Shown: positions 1-13,269, counted from the first letter of the whole stretch. The stretch: 52,330 bases of DNA, filler included, from Bipalium vagum (GCA_037834085.1; 3 parts of 3 records of this genome joined end to end with filler, not necessarily neighbours in it); one strand, 5' to 3'. The notes: generated from the letters alone by a model not told the origin. Made by a program: numbers and translations.

Positions 1-16
1 AATAATAATAATAATC

Positions 17-77
<61 letters not shown>
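1..77. repeat. (AAT)n microsatellite
   Basis: Near-perfect AAT run at the window start. Confidence 0.95.
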
Positions 78-139
78 GTGATAATTTATTATTAAATTCA
101 ATTCTTTGCTTTAGAATATATATACGCTCAACGGCAATT

Positions 140-2260
140 ATGAAACCCCCGAGTTATAAAATAGTTCACATGGAAATTGTGAACAATGAAAAAACGAATT
201 TGCCAATTCCTTATGAAGATGAAATGGATAATTCTTTGGTGACGGTTTACACCTCTCAGACCACATTTCTTTCCAATACATTATTATCAGATTGTATATT
301 TTTCGTTACTCAAGTTACCAAAATGCCCGGCCAAAGTCTCGGTATATTTCTTCGAGACAGTAATCCATTTACCGATGAGCCCGGTCTATTTGTTTCTCGG
401 TTGAATGAAAATCTATCAATTTCTTTGCAATCAGTAGACAAGGAAAAAACAATAGTGAAAGTACAAATGAATTCTCCAAATTTAATTCCAGACGACAATG
501 CATTTGTAGAAGAATTGCTGCCATCCTCCGTAACAGATGGAACACACAAACAAAATGCATGTCAAAGACAGAATAATCCCAACACGGCCACCACAAGCAT
601 TTCAATAAGTAAACTTTATTCCCATTCAAATGCTTATGATTTAAATGAGCAGAAAAATAATTCTGTCTCATTAAATCAAACAGAATTTACCAGAAAGCCC
701 ATTGGAGAAAACAAGCAGGAAGAAATTGCTAAATTTCCATCCAACATTTTTCCCTTTCAGATCGGCGATAGAATTTGTCGAGTGAGAATTTCTCATTCCT
801 CATACACAAGCGACGAAAACAATTCTTCTGTTATAGAGAAAATCGATAATTACACACGAAACGATGAGAATAATAAATGTAATAATAATAATAACAACAA
901 ATGGTATGATGCGGAAAAGAAGTACAATCTCGATGATGTAGTTTTGTTTATGTCGATTTCGAGTTTTCTGGAATTAAGTATACTGAGAGAAGGACGACAT
1001 AATCAGAAATCGCATTTTGAACACGTTGATGAAAAATATTCCACTTGTGACGAAGACAGTGATAAATCATTTCCCGATGATCCAATACGTCGCGTGAGCT
1101 TTCAATTGTATGATCCTGACAACCGATCGATTTCTCCACAGCAATCCATTGACAATCCAAACCAAGACCAAACCCAATCGAAAATCTTGTCGTTGATAAC
1201 GAACAAAACTAAAGATCAACATGTGCACTTTGATGGATTTGACAATTCGACAAATTGGGGCCCGTTGCATCCCACTTTGGCCACTTCTGAGCCAACAATG
1301 CTAAATTCGGCATTTTCTTTGGATCAGTCGAATTTAAACGATAGAAAAAAGTCTACTTCAAAATCCATTCTTTTCCGTGAAGTTCCAACTGAAGATTCTA
1401 ACGATAGTGGTTTGTCCAGTGAAAATTCTTGGCTGCCTTCCATTATATCAACAATCAATTCTTCTTTGCCCATTGACACGTCTAATTCCGTTGCCCGTCG
1501 CGATATGTCTGCTCCCGAATCTTTTGGATCTGGAAATCAGATGCGAACGGTCCATTTTGCCGGTTCGAAGATCTATCCTCAACCGGTGCCCAATGAAGGT
1601 TACCTGCCCAGTCATCAAGTACCCTGGCTGTATCAAAGAGCAACCCTAACGAATCCGCGAACAGTGACTTTCAAAACCAATCAGAAAGCATCAATATCAT
1701 CACCGCCATCACCGCAGTCTCAGGGACCTCTTAAAAATGTGTACTGGCCACCAAATTACTATATCCCACGACCTATGGGTCCACTTTATCCTTCTCAGAG
1801 TCTTTCAGATCCAAGAATGTTGAATTATCGTTGGATTTCTCCACCCACAGCACAATCGTATCAGGTAGAAGTCGCAGATAAAGGCATTCAATGTGGACCT
1901 GAAAGATATGGATATAATTCAGATACTGAATTAAAGATCAAACCTCATCAACATTTTCCAGTGGATATAAATCCAGTTAACAAAAACCAAGTCAAATTTT
2001 CAGCGTCAAGAACTGCTCCCCATCTTCACAGATCCTCTGTAAATTATTCATCTGGTGAAGAAGAAGGGCTCTATCAGGCTACCTCTCCATCTCGATATGT
2101 GAACCCTCAACAAGCCATGTTATGCTCAAATCAAAACATAGCTTATAAGCAAGTTGGTGGATATACTTCTATGGAAGATGAAATGAGAAACCTTAATATT
2201 AGATGTAAGAATAATTACCCTTGTAACAATATATCAATTTATGATTATTTACCGATTTAA
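140..2260 (+). CDS. PDZ-domain protein, Syd-1/RhoGAP100F-like N-terminal PDZ plus a long disordered tail (single large exon; may have upstream exons)
   Basis: 706-aa ORF. Segments VTKMPGQSLGIFLRD..PGLFVSRL (~310-403), FQIGDRICRV (~755-785) and YNLDDVVLFMSISSFLELSILRE (~922-990) match my recollection of the RhoGAP100F/Syd-1 PDZ (KRPGQTLGLYIRE..GVFISRI..GDEIL.V..SLDDVVIIMSIPRRL). A possible acceptor ttag ends at 114 and the frame is open from there to ATG 140. No C2 or RhoGAP domain seen. Confidence 0.75.
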   Translation: MKPPSYKIVHMEIVNNEKTNLPIPYEDEMDNSLVTVYTSQTTFLSNTLLSDCIFFVTQVTKMPGQSLGIFLRDSNPFTDEPGLFVSRLNENLSISLQSVDKEKTIVKVQMNSPNLIPDDNAFVEELLPSSVTDGTHKQNACQRQNNPNTATTSISISKLYSHSNAYDLNEQKNNSVSLNQTEFTRKPIGENKQEEIAKFPSNIFPFQIGDRICRVRISHSSYTSDENNSSVIEKIDNYTRNDENNKCNNNNNNKWYDAEKKYNLDDVVLFMSISSFLELSILREGRHNQKSHFEHVDEKYSTCDEDSDKSFPDDPIRRVSFQLYDPDNRSISPQQSIDNPNQDQTQSKILSLITNKTKDQHVHFDGFDNSTNWGPLHPTLATSEPTMLNSAFSLDQSNLNDRKKSTSKSILFREVPTEDSNDSGLSSENSWLPSIISTINSSLPIDTSNSVARRDMSAPESFGSGNQMRTVHFAGSKIYPQPVPNEGYLPSHQVPWLYQRATLTNPRTVTFKTNQKASISSPPSPQSQGPLKNVYWPPNYYIPRPMGPLYPSQSLSDPRMLNYRWISPPTAQSYQVEVADKGIQCGPERYGYNSDTELKIKPHQHFPVDINPVNKNQVKFSASRTAPHLHRSSVNYSSGEEEGLYQATSPSRYVNPQQAMLCSNQNIAYKQVGGYTSMEDEMRNLNIRCKNNYPCNNISIYDYLPI

Positions 2261-5039
2261 ACTTTTTCAACTAATACCATCATTACCTTTTTAATATGAT
2301 CATGTACAACCCAGTAACGATAACCAGTTACTTTCAAAGTAAATTTTTTTTAGAAATAGGTTCATTTAAACAAAAAATTATGATTATATTGGATAAAATG
2401 TGATAAAAAATCTTGCAAAAATTAATTCACATTAACTCATCAATAATTTTTTGTTTTAATTTTCTGTTCTACAGAATATAAAGTAGATCTTTGCTTTGAT
2501 CTGGGTTTTTTAACTGTGTTTATTTCTCAAAAACCATTAATATAATTATCGCAGCTTTTATAATTGCTTATTAATTATATCCCCTGTAATTATGACAAAA
2601 CCATTCACTTTGATATTAACATAATCGTTTATTAAGTAAAAGAAACATAAAATGTTAGTAAAAATCATACATACTATAGTATATATAAGAAATCAGCCAC
2701 TGTGTTAGTTTTATATTCCCATCTCTCCTCGCCGAACATCTCTCCAACCCCCTTTCATTCTCTCTTTACTTCCAAAGAAAACCTTTCAAAATCGTAGTAG
2801 TACTAATCAAGAAATAAACGACAGATCATTACCAATTTAGTCCTCTTCACAAACATAGGCTTTCAACATCAAATCCAATAATGATATTACATTATTATAT
2901 AAAAAGGGGGAAATTGCTTTCCATTTATTTTCGTCTGTCGTCTACCATTAATTAACAAGAGTTCTTGACATAAATCATTTGCTTTGACTTTTCTCGGTTT
3001 TATTAGTTCAGAATTATTACTACTTAACTTTTCTCTTCATTAAATATTGTTCTCTTTTATCCGATTTATTCTTTTCCACCAGAAGATGTTCTTTTAGTTT
3101 AATAAGAGATCACTATTCCTAGCTAGATTCAATTCTGCTGGAACTAATGGGTTCCATATGTCAAGACGTTGACGTTAGAGTCAGTTCTTATTCACAACGA
3201 AGATCAAATGTCTACTTTTCAACAGTTGACATTGGATAATAAATAGTTTTTTTACTTCACAACGATTTTCCCTGTTCTATTTATTCTACACATTTCCATA
3301 ATATTATATTTTATTCTGATTTTTTGCAAATAAAAAAGATCGTTTTCCACACATTTTATATTATATTACTTAATAATATTTGTTTAAATTGTACACAGAT
3401 AAAAGATTTTATTGTCATTTATATTTCAATAAATACATTTTCTATACCAAGGGGAAAAATCGATATCATTGATTAAAAGCCTATTTTAGACAATATTTTT
3501 GTATAATTCTCGTTCAACGATGACATCCGACAATAATTATAATAAGATTGAAAACCTATTAATATTTAATTCGAAAAAATCCATTAATTAGCAATTCATA
3601 TATTATCTCCCTCAAAAATAAATATCCCATAGTTTATGAAATAGAAATTTACAATGTTCTGAAAAACTGAAAACTTTACTTTCATCAACAATAAATTTGT
3701 TTCATTTTTAATTTAAATTAAATAACATTTTTTTAAATAGGACAATATAAGTAAATTACTTATTCGAATTTATTATTTTTATTATTATCATTATTATTAT
3801 TATTATCAATAACATTATAATCAATATTAATATTATTAATGTTAAAATTATTATTAGTGTATTTTTATTTTTTTTAATTATTTTTATAAATATAATTAAT
3901 ATTATTTCATAATTATTTTAGTCATTAATTATAAAACGGCTTTACATATTTTTCCAATTACTATGTCCATTGTAAATCATTTTATCCTAGCTTTATATTG
4001 TTAATATTTATTTTCTAATTATTTAATGATTTTTTAATAATTATTAATTTCAACGTTTAAGCGAATTATAGGTTCTAATAAAAATAAATTAAGTAAAAGA
4101 ATATTATTAAAAAATATAATTTATTAATACATTTTTATAAATATTACTAACTGTTAAAACTGGTAATATAATAATAAAAAATTATATTGATTTGGAACAA
4201 AACTGTTTTATTAGAATCAGTTAATTTAGATTCCTAGGATACTAATGTTATTCATAGTCTCAGAAATAAATGTATAATTTATAAAATTATAACTCCAATA
4301 AATAAAACCTTAACCAATATATTATATTGGTAAATAAAAAACATTTTTTTCTGTTTTAAGTATGTTTGTTCGAGTATTTAGATATTAAATTAATTCTGCC
4401 TCTTTAGCCAAAAGAATCATTATATAAAATTTATTTATCTAAGATATCGCTATTATCAATGACTATTTTCCGTAACCTTGTTGAATATTTAAACAAATAC
4501 ATTTTTAAGTAAAAGGTGAATTTATAAATTATTAACCTTTTTTTGATTCATTAAGAATTTTTTTTTAAAAAGTTTTACGGAATCTTTGGAAAAATACTGA
4601 AAAATCGACGAAATCTCAAAACTAAAACTTTACTTTTATTAGTAAAATTGGTTTATTTTATTCTTAAGATTTAACGTTAAATTGATTTTTTGATAATGTT
4701 AAATGTCATTAAACAATCGAAAACATTTTTAAGCAAGTTGTATGAAAAGAAATTTTTATAAGATTTTTTGAAAATGAGAAATTTGAACTACTTGAAGAAG
4801 TGTAAATCTTTTTAAAAAATGACGATAAATAGAATTTAATATCTCAAGAAAGAATGTAATATATAGTTATTATATTAAATTACATTGAAATTATTACCTT
4901 TGTTTTTAATTAATCTTGTTCAGTTTTTATGCACACCATTTAAATAGATAAGTAAATAAGTCATAAATGATAAGAAATTATCATATTACATTAACCAATA
5001 TAATTTGAATAAGAAAAACACGACATTCCATTCAACTAT

Positions 5040-5980
5040 ATGAATTCATGAAGGTGGAACAAATGTCAGAGAAATCACAGATGTTAGAGAAGAAATCATT
5101 ATATTGTTTAACGGACATAGAATTTGTGGTTTAAAGAAAGCTTGCAGCATCGTCAAATTCGTATTAGACAATTTCGAACCACAAACAAATGTTCTTCTTG
5201 CTGTTAATGACTGAATTATGTCGGCCACAAAATAAACATAAATTGAAAAATGAACCTCAGAAAAAAGGTGTACCTTAGAAAACATATTGAATTCATAGAA
5301 GTTATAGTCTACGCTCATACCATCCACAGCGATGGTAGCCATTTATATCTCATTATAAAGCCACAATGCAGCTGGTGTTAAAAATGATAACATTGAAGTA
5401 ACAAATGAAATTGTATTATCTTTCGTGATAAATGAAAATTCTGTTGTTGACAAAGTGATGGACACTTGAAGGTGAAACGTTACAGTGACGAACAAAATGT
5501 TAGCTTGATGTTACCAATTCACAAGAGAGTTGCACTTTGAATTATTGTATGAAGTACCATTCCGGTCACCACGCTCTATTTATCAGAGATAATTTTAATT
5601 CTCTTTGATATTGAAACCCGTATCACTCTTATTAATGAAAACATTGTAGAGTATTAGTTTTCAAGAAGGACATTTCATATTCAGGACATAAAAGTAAAGT
5701 TTTGAAAGAATCAAAAGTAGAAAAATAATTTTGCCAGTATACTCACCAGATTTATTTGCTATTAAACACATTATTATTATTAACTGATTCTATTAAATTT
5801 TCTTATTCGTTGTCAGCTATGACCTTGTCTTGATAGGCATAAGACATTGTATAAATTACGAAATAAATTTCAACAAATATAAAACGACATGCCTCAAGGG
5901 GAAATGAGTCTTCTGATTATTAGTATGCCAAGAAAAACCCAAGATTGTGTAATAAAACATAGTATTATGATTGGATATTA
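5040..5980 (+). mobile_element. Degenerate Tc1-like transposase remnant
   Basis: Decayed IIFRDK*KFCC*QSDG (the VIFSDESKF..GSDG motif) near 5415-5465 and PVYSPDLFAIKH near 5735-5770. Many stops; boundaries approximate. Confidence 0.55.
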
Positions 5981-6099
5981 ACATCTCCACGGGTTTGCAA
6001 TATAAATTTACTTATTTCATGCAATTTAATCAAATATATTTGATTATTTTACTTTTTCAGTTTTCACCTCTATTTTGACAATGCAAATTTAATTTTGAT

Positions 6100-6860
6100 A
6101 AAATTATCGGCTAAACAGTAAAATGTTATTAAAGAATGGGTTGATGAAGACTGTTTGATCTCATTAACAATAGTTGCTGATAAATGTTTGAAAGAATTCA
6201 ATGTAACAGTTTCAAGCACTACAATGAAAAATGTTATATCAGATTTTATACATTAAAATGATTGCATAATATTACAGAAAAAAGAAATGATGCATTCAAT
6301 ATACAAAAAAGATTATGCACAAGAATTTATTAAACTTCTTAATCAAGTTACTGAGAGTACCTTTTTTTACGAAGTTTGCTTTAATGTAAGCATAAAAGCT
6401 AAAAGAATACGATCTTTTAAAGAAAAAAGCTATTTAGGTTGTCCAATCTTTAAGATCAAGAAACATATCTGTTTGCTGTGAAATGAATAGGGAATCTTTA
6501 TTTTGTATTTTGGTGCTCAAACTAGTATTTTAATGGTGAATTTTTGAATGTATAGAAAATAGCTTTGCTTAAAAATGTGTATGAAATCGGTTTTAATACA
6601 ATGGACAATGTTTCTTTCCATAAAACTACAGAATAAGGAAATTCATAGAGGAAAACGGTTTCAATTTATTATTTTTACCTCCATACTCACAATTTTAAAA
6701 TCCCATTGAAAATTTATTTTTAAAACGGAAGGAATTTGTACGAAGAGAATGATCAGAAAATAAAGAATCTTTAATGGAACTTATAATTAATTGGTCAAGA
6801 CTTATTACAATTGAAGATTGCCCCCTTTCTATCGCGATATGGCTTCTTATATTCCAATGA
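6100..6860 (+). mobile_element. IS630/Tc1-family DDE transposase remnant
   Basis: MDNVSFHKT at 6601 and FLPPYSQF*NPIENLF near 6672-6720, with stops and frameshifts. Confidence 0.7.
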
Positions 6861-9126
6861 AATTATTAATGAATACATTTATTTCTGTTTGATTTTTTAA
6901 CGTTGTGAAAATATAGATGTGTTCAAATGTACTTATTCTCCATTACAAATGTTTAATAATACAAAAAATAAGATTTTATTCCTGGCTTCCGTTCTGATCA
7001 ATCTTAATGAACAGATCGTAATAGTACTTGTATTTATAATAATCAGTTTGGAAAATTGGAGAAAACCAATACTCTCTCGTTAATCTTTTATTAACTTCAT
7101 TATTACAGATTGAACGACAAAATATGTTGTTTTGTGAATATTTCTGGGCCAGTTTGTTTCCTATGAATTTCAGTCTCCAAATATGTAATCTGATTCTCAG
7201 TGAGTAGAATCATAAGAGATAAGGGACCCTTAAAATAACTTAATTTCTATGAACAGTCGAGACGCAATATTGAATGGTTCCTTGTGAAGAAATATCTGTT
7301 TTACAACTTTAATATGGAATGATTTCTTTTTTTATTAAAATCCATATGCGTTTGTTTTTTAGGCTTTATTATTAATTGTATTGTGAAATGAGAAATTATC
7401 ATACGCCACGAGAGTTTTGGAGACAACGGCAATAAATAATTATATAATAAAAGCAATAAATGTGACAAATGAAAGTCATAAAAGTATGATTTTGTGACAT
7501 GGTTTTATGTGTAAAGGTTTCTGAAACCGTTTTTGAGAATATATATAACATGGTATTTCATCATATTTATATTACGTTTAATTTTTTCATGTAAGAAAAT
7601 AAATAAATCAATAGAATTTACACCAATAAAATTATTTCATTCTTTTTTTTGTTTTACTTATCATATTGTGCAGGATGTGTAAAAAGTAACTACCAGAGTT
7701 GAAAAACCAACAAATTTTTATTTCATAATTTCATTTAAATTAAATGATTTAATTTTTATGGTATATAAACATAGGATTTCAAAAGTTTTATGTAAGTGTT
7801 AAATTGTTGTTAAATTGGTTGTTAAATACCAAGATACCATTCCTGTCCATAAGTTAATGTTTGGATAGGTATTACGATGTCACGTTTGTATAATCCCTTA
7901 TTCTTTAATGGGAATGGTTCTAATTATTTAGACATGCCTAAATCTAACCTCATGCACAACTTCGTCCCAGACAACTATAGAAAATAATTTTTCGATAGGA
8001 GTGCCTGTTCATTACTTGCTTTAAGTTACACTTTTTTTAACAGCACCTTTCCCAGAAGGATGATTAATAGATAAGAACCATTCAGTTGGGCTGCGAGATC
8101 ACCAGAGCTTTTAGCAGTGGATATCTAAAGACTAAGCATTATACATAGAAACGACAGAAGCTCCAAGACCTGAAAGATTTAATTGAAGAAGAGATATCCA
8201 AAGTACGACTCGAAATGTAAAAATACTATAATCGTTTATATATTATTTATATTATAATCTTTTATAGACCTGTATCAATGTTATTGAATTTTCTGAAGAA
8301 AAATATTAAATTTAATAAATGAATCTTATTGTATTAAAAATTGCATTATTATTCAAAATATATTTAGCAATGAATAATCTTAGAATTAGTTACTTTTCAT
8401 TGATAATAAATTTTTATTAAGGATTTTTATTAAACCAAGCCTACCAAAAGTTTATATTTAATTTTTTCTTTGCATTTCACGAGTAAGGAAAGAAGAGAGG
8501 AAGAGAATTTCACTGAATTTAACTTTATAAATCAGACATTAAATGAGGGGAGAAAAGTGATAATATCATTTTCAGAATACTTTTATAATAATGATGGAAG
8601 TTTTTGGTTAAAACATACCTAACATAAAATATAAATGTTTTTGACTTCAATGTTGTACATTTACGGTTGAACAGTTATGGATTTTTTTATTTTCTTGAAC
8701 CTTAATTAAGGGTCTTTCATTTGTTTAACACACAACTCATAAATTACATCTATTTTTAATAGTGTACAATTAAAACAAAACAGATCGGTGATAGAAAATA
8801 ATTAATTATATTATTAACTTTCTTTTCATGGTTTTGATATTTCGAAATCAAATAAACTATATAAGAATAATTAAAATATTATTATTCTCAACCCGTTAAC
8901 ATATAACAGATATATTATCAAAGAGTGTAGACTGTTTTGAGATTGTAATTAACTGATTAGATTATGTGAGATTCTGAGTTTCATGTCAACGATAAATGAT
9001 GGCATTATCATGTCAAGAGATATTGAGCAAGATATTGAAAGTTCAGTTCTTTATTATTATAATATATTATCATATATTGATTTCCCAAAAAGGAAAACCA
9101 TACTGTCGATTTCTTTTAAATAATAA

Positions 9127-9256
9127 NNNNNNNNNNNNNNNNNNNNNNNNNNNNNNNNNNNNNNNNNNNNNNNNNNNNNNNNNNNNNNNNNNNNNNNNNN
9201 NNNNNNNNNNNNNNNNNNNNNNNNNNNNNNNNNNNNNNNNNNNNNNNNNNNNNNNN
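9127..9256. other. Assembly gap (130 N)
   Basis: Run of N. Confidence 0.99.
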
Positions 9257-9989
9257 AAATGCAATTATATCCTTATATTATAATAATACATTATATAAAC
9301 TGCCAAATTTCATCTTTAATTATTCTAAATTTTCTAACGACTTAATTAATAGTAAAATAATTTCGATTCATTTAAAGAAATAATTACTGTCCATCATTAA
9401 AAAAATGAAATTTTCTAACTTAAATTTTTTTCATATTTCGATTGTAAATATCATTTGATCCGAAGATAATCAAATGACACGAAATAAGAATTTTTTCTTA
9501 ATATTATTTTTCTACAAATTTCATATTTATTTTTTGTAAATTATTATGTATTTTTCTCTTCAAAATAAATTTTAATCGTAAATTTTCATTACATAATTTC
9601 TTTGTTTAAATGATACTATTGTCTATTCTCTTTTCTTTACTTTTCTAATGTTAAAGAAATAAAAAAAGGATTGTGTCATCCAGTAAAGAATATGTTCATG
9701 CTCGTGAAAGGTGAAATAGAGTTGATAGAAAGAGACTTCCTTACTTGGGTACAACAAACTTCACATGCCCCACCGGGTGAAAAAATATCATACATCAATT
9801 TGAATACAAAATCTTTTGCATTTTATTTTCCTTTATAATAATTTGGTTTTCAAACATTATTTTCTAATTACTTTTTAACTGGAGTTATCATAAAAAAACC
9901 CAATTTTCATCGCCAGTTAAAATACAATTTAGAAATTCTTTAATTTGCTGATATGAGATAATTAACAAATTATCATTGATATTTAATTG

Positions 9990-12265
9990 CGTCATAATTG
10001 AAGTGGTTTATATTTTAGAGAAGTTGGATAGATTTCTAATTAAATAAATGTTAAAAGAAGAGAATTTGTATTGTCCTCAATATTTGAGTTCTAATGAGCT
10101 CCTATGGCCAACACACTATCGGTAGACTCTAAATAGATTTATTCCCGAAGTTTTCGACGAGATGTTTTTAAAAATCAAATTCTGAAATCGATATTTTGAG
10201 GAAAAAGATGGGGAATTCTGGATTGAAAAAATGGTTCAAGAAGATCTGGAAGAAGAATACGTTGAAGCAGAGGAGATATCGGATAATTTTGAAGAGAAAC
10301 TGAAACTAGTCTTTGACAGACCAAAAAAGATATTTAATCAGATTTAGAAAAACAAATTATAGGATATATATTTTCGAAGAACCACAGAAATTGTGGAAAA
10401 GATATTAACTCTTAATTGGGATCGGGAATCCCTAATAGCAGGGCTTTTAGTGAACAGAGAGAAGAGCATAAGGATGAAGAAAAAGACATTTCAGGAAATT
10501 GATAAAACCAAACCCAAAGCTATGCAGGTTATGATTGATTTTGAAAACGATTTAAGTAGAACAAGCGCTGTGGGTTCCTACAGAAATGTGTTGAACATTA
10601 GATTTTAAGGAAACTAAAAGAGTTTAGGGGTAAAATTAAAGGAAAAAGAGACAAGTACTAGTGTATTTCAATAAAGATAAATGACCAATTCTTTGAGTGT
10701 TTGCTGGATACAGGAAGAGAGTCAATAAGACGAGATAGTAATTTTAGCGCTGAATTTTCTGGAACTATGTCAACCATGAAGAATTTGTTATATGCCAATA
10801 AGAGCAGATTAACATTTGTAGGTCGATCATAATTATAAAATATTGGAGAGTTTTAAGTAAAATTCAAGAGTCAGATCTTTGGCTAAATTCTGAAAATTAA
10901 CTTTTTCGAAAATCTCGGATATATCTTCAGTGAAGAGGGTGTTCGAACAAATCCCACAATTATAGATAATATTGTGTCATTCAGAAAACTATTTTCTACA
11001 ATAATCTCTACAGTCTTCTAGATATCTGCAATTATTACCGCAAAATCATTCAGAATTTTGCCAAGTTGAAACAAATGTGCGGTCGTTCAAAAAAAAATGT
11101 TGATATGGACAACAGAAACTGACAAAGTTTCCACAGAACTGTAGATAGATTAGGCTATTTTTTACTTTAGACTCAGATGCCACTCTTGATGCAATTGGGA
11201 CAGTGTTAACTCAAAGAGATGTAGTGGAAAGGGAGCGTGTGTACGCATGAGGTTTTCATTTAATGTCCCATTCATGAAAAGGTACCAGTCACTAACAATA
11301 AAAGAACTTCTATCGATATTTTATTTCACAAACCTTTTCAAACATTATCCATATGGCAAACAGTTTACTGTACGACCGATCATAAAAAAAATCAATTACT
11401 CCACAATTCCAAAAGTGGATTAGATAAAAATAAAATACTGAAAAAAGGAGTGAACATCAAAAAGCGGATATGCTATCAAGAACTTGTAATCAGTGTTCAC
11501 AATGTTTATTACACAATGAAGATGTGAAAATTGGAAGAATACAAACACGTGTGCTTAATACGTTAGAGTTGAAATAGGACATAATATGGATCAATGGCAG
11601 CGTAATATTCCAGAGATTTTACGTATTAAAAACAATAGAAAAGAAAAGTTTCCAATATTGGTATGACATGTAACGCGAACTGGAAGCGTGAATACAAGAG
11701 AAATTTACAAAAAATTATGGAATAAGTACACAAAAATCTTTCATATACTGAAACGAAAAAGGAACTAGATATGTGACAAAACTTTGATAAGAAACTGTGG
11801 GCATGTACTAAAGAAGTTGTAAAGCAATGTGATGCGTGTGAAAAATCGAAGACATTGGCAACTAGATCATAGGGGATGGTAATGATATTTATGGAATCAG
11901 AAATTTTTAAATAATGATTAATATTTACGGACCTTTTAGAGAAACATGAAGTGGAAAAATATATCTTTACCATCATTATGAAGACAATATATTTATTAGA
12001 TTTATCGTAATTCCAAGACAAGACGAGCGAACAATACTAAGCTCAACATTGAATGATTGGGTTTGACGTTTGGAGCTTCTCAAAAAATTTATTTAGATTT
12101 TGGAAAAGGGCAAGAATTTTCATGAAAGATGAAAGCAAAATCTTTTTATGCAGTTCTTATTAATAGTGGTCGAACGGATTGATCGAAAGGCCGTTTAGGA
12201 CTGTAAAGAAACTGTTTGGAGCAACTCTTAATGAAGAAAAAACTTTAATTTTGGACAGTATACTT
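9990..12265 (+). mobile_element. Degenerate Ty3/gypsy LTR retrotransposon internal region (gag-like, RT end, RNase H, integrase)
   Basis: RNase H motifs DSDATLDAIGTVLTQ (~11170) and KELLSIFYF..FKHYPYGKQFTVR.DH (~11300-11383), integrase zinc-finger remnant KQCDACEKSK (~11822) and NGLIERPFRTVK (~12173). Heavily frameshifted. Confidence 0.8.
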
Positions 12266-13269
12266 CATTATAAGACCATTCACAAATGAAACAGATTTAT
12301 TAGTCTTGGAATAGATTCGTTTAAATGTAGAATTTGTTTTAAGTAGAATATTCAGCCATTTTTCATGTATAAAATCTGATAGTTGTTCAAGAGACGAATT
12401 AAAAAGTAATTTTTTCTTACCCCAGTCTCTGATATTCACATCAAGTGATTTAGAGGGCCAAGAAAAATGTAATTCAGATTAATTGTTTTTTAAAGCAATC
12501 TTTAAAAAATCTGGCTGTTTGGATTGGAGAATTTTTATCCTGAAATATTGAATCATTGTTAGAAAATAAATCCATGTACATAGGTCATTCTTATTTATCA
12601 CGACAGTGATTAAGAACCAGAATTTTCTTTGTCAACGTCACTATAGATGTTGGACTTGTGAATCTCTCGATTAAATGATTTTGAGAAAACAGAAATACTT
12701 AAATTGATTTTGAATTTTCCTTAAGTCTCCAGATTTCTCTATTCAATCCGATTCATAGGTAGTCGATCTTTTCCATTTAGTACAGTTACGAACATTGCTA
12801 TATTTAGCAAATGAGGTCTTCTATTGGGATATGTATGCAATCATAACCTTTGGCAATACAGTTCTTGGCACACCAATTATATTGGAAATCTTTGTTATAG
12901 AAATTCCAGCTACATGTGCGTCAATACGCGTAGAGTGTCTAGATCCATCTGTCTATGTCGAAATAATGTAATATTAAAATTATTGTAACTAAAATTTAAA
13001 ATAACACAAAAAAAATTGGAAATTAAACTAAAAACCTTGTAAAAATGCAACCTTAATTAATTAATGTCACAAACGTATTCTTTCCAAAATAAATTTTTTA
13101 TTTGTGAATGGTTTTATAATGAAGTACTGTCCCAAATTAAAGTTTTTCATTAAGAGTTGCTCCAAACAGTTCCTTTACAGTCCTAAACTGCCTTTCGATC
13201 AATCCGTTTGTCCGCTGTTATTAAGAACTGCATAAAAAGATTTTGCACTCATCTTTCATGAAAATTCTT
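12112..13269. repeat. Long inverted repeat; arms about 12112-12290 and 13100-13269, spacer about 0.8 kb
   Basis: The left arm aagaattttcatgaaagatg...ccattcacaaat is the reverse complement of the right arm atttgtgaatgg...catctttcatgaaaattctt, with scattered mismatches and small indels. Confidence 0.9.
12330..12960 (-). mobile_element. Internally deleted Tc1-like transposase remnant between the inverted repeat arms
   Basis: The minus strand reads SIFQDKNSPIQTARFF and SWPSKSLDVNIRDWG, a decayed FQQDNAP.HT and WPSQSPDLNxIE.xW. Confidence 0.7.

Noticed and set aside
6950-8250. Less AT-rich tracts (also 2700-3250 and 48400-48850)
   Set aside because: Probably old repeats, but I found no motif or open frame I could support.
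8996-9283. ORFs spanning N runs
   Set aside because: Artifacts of gap translation.
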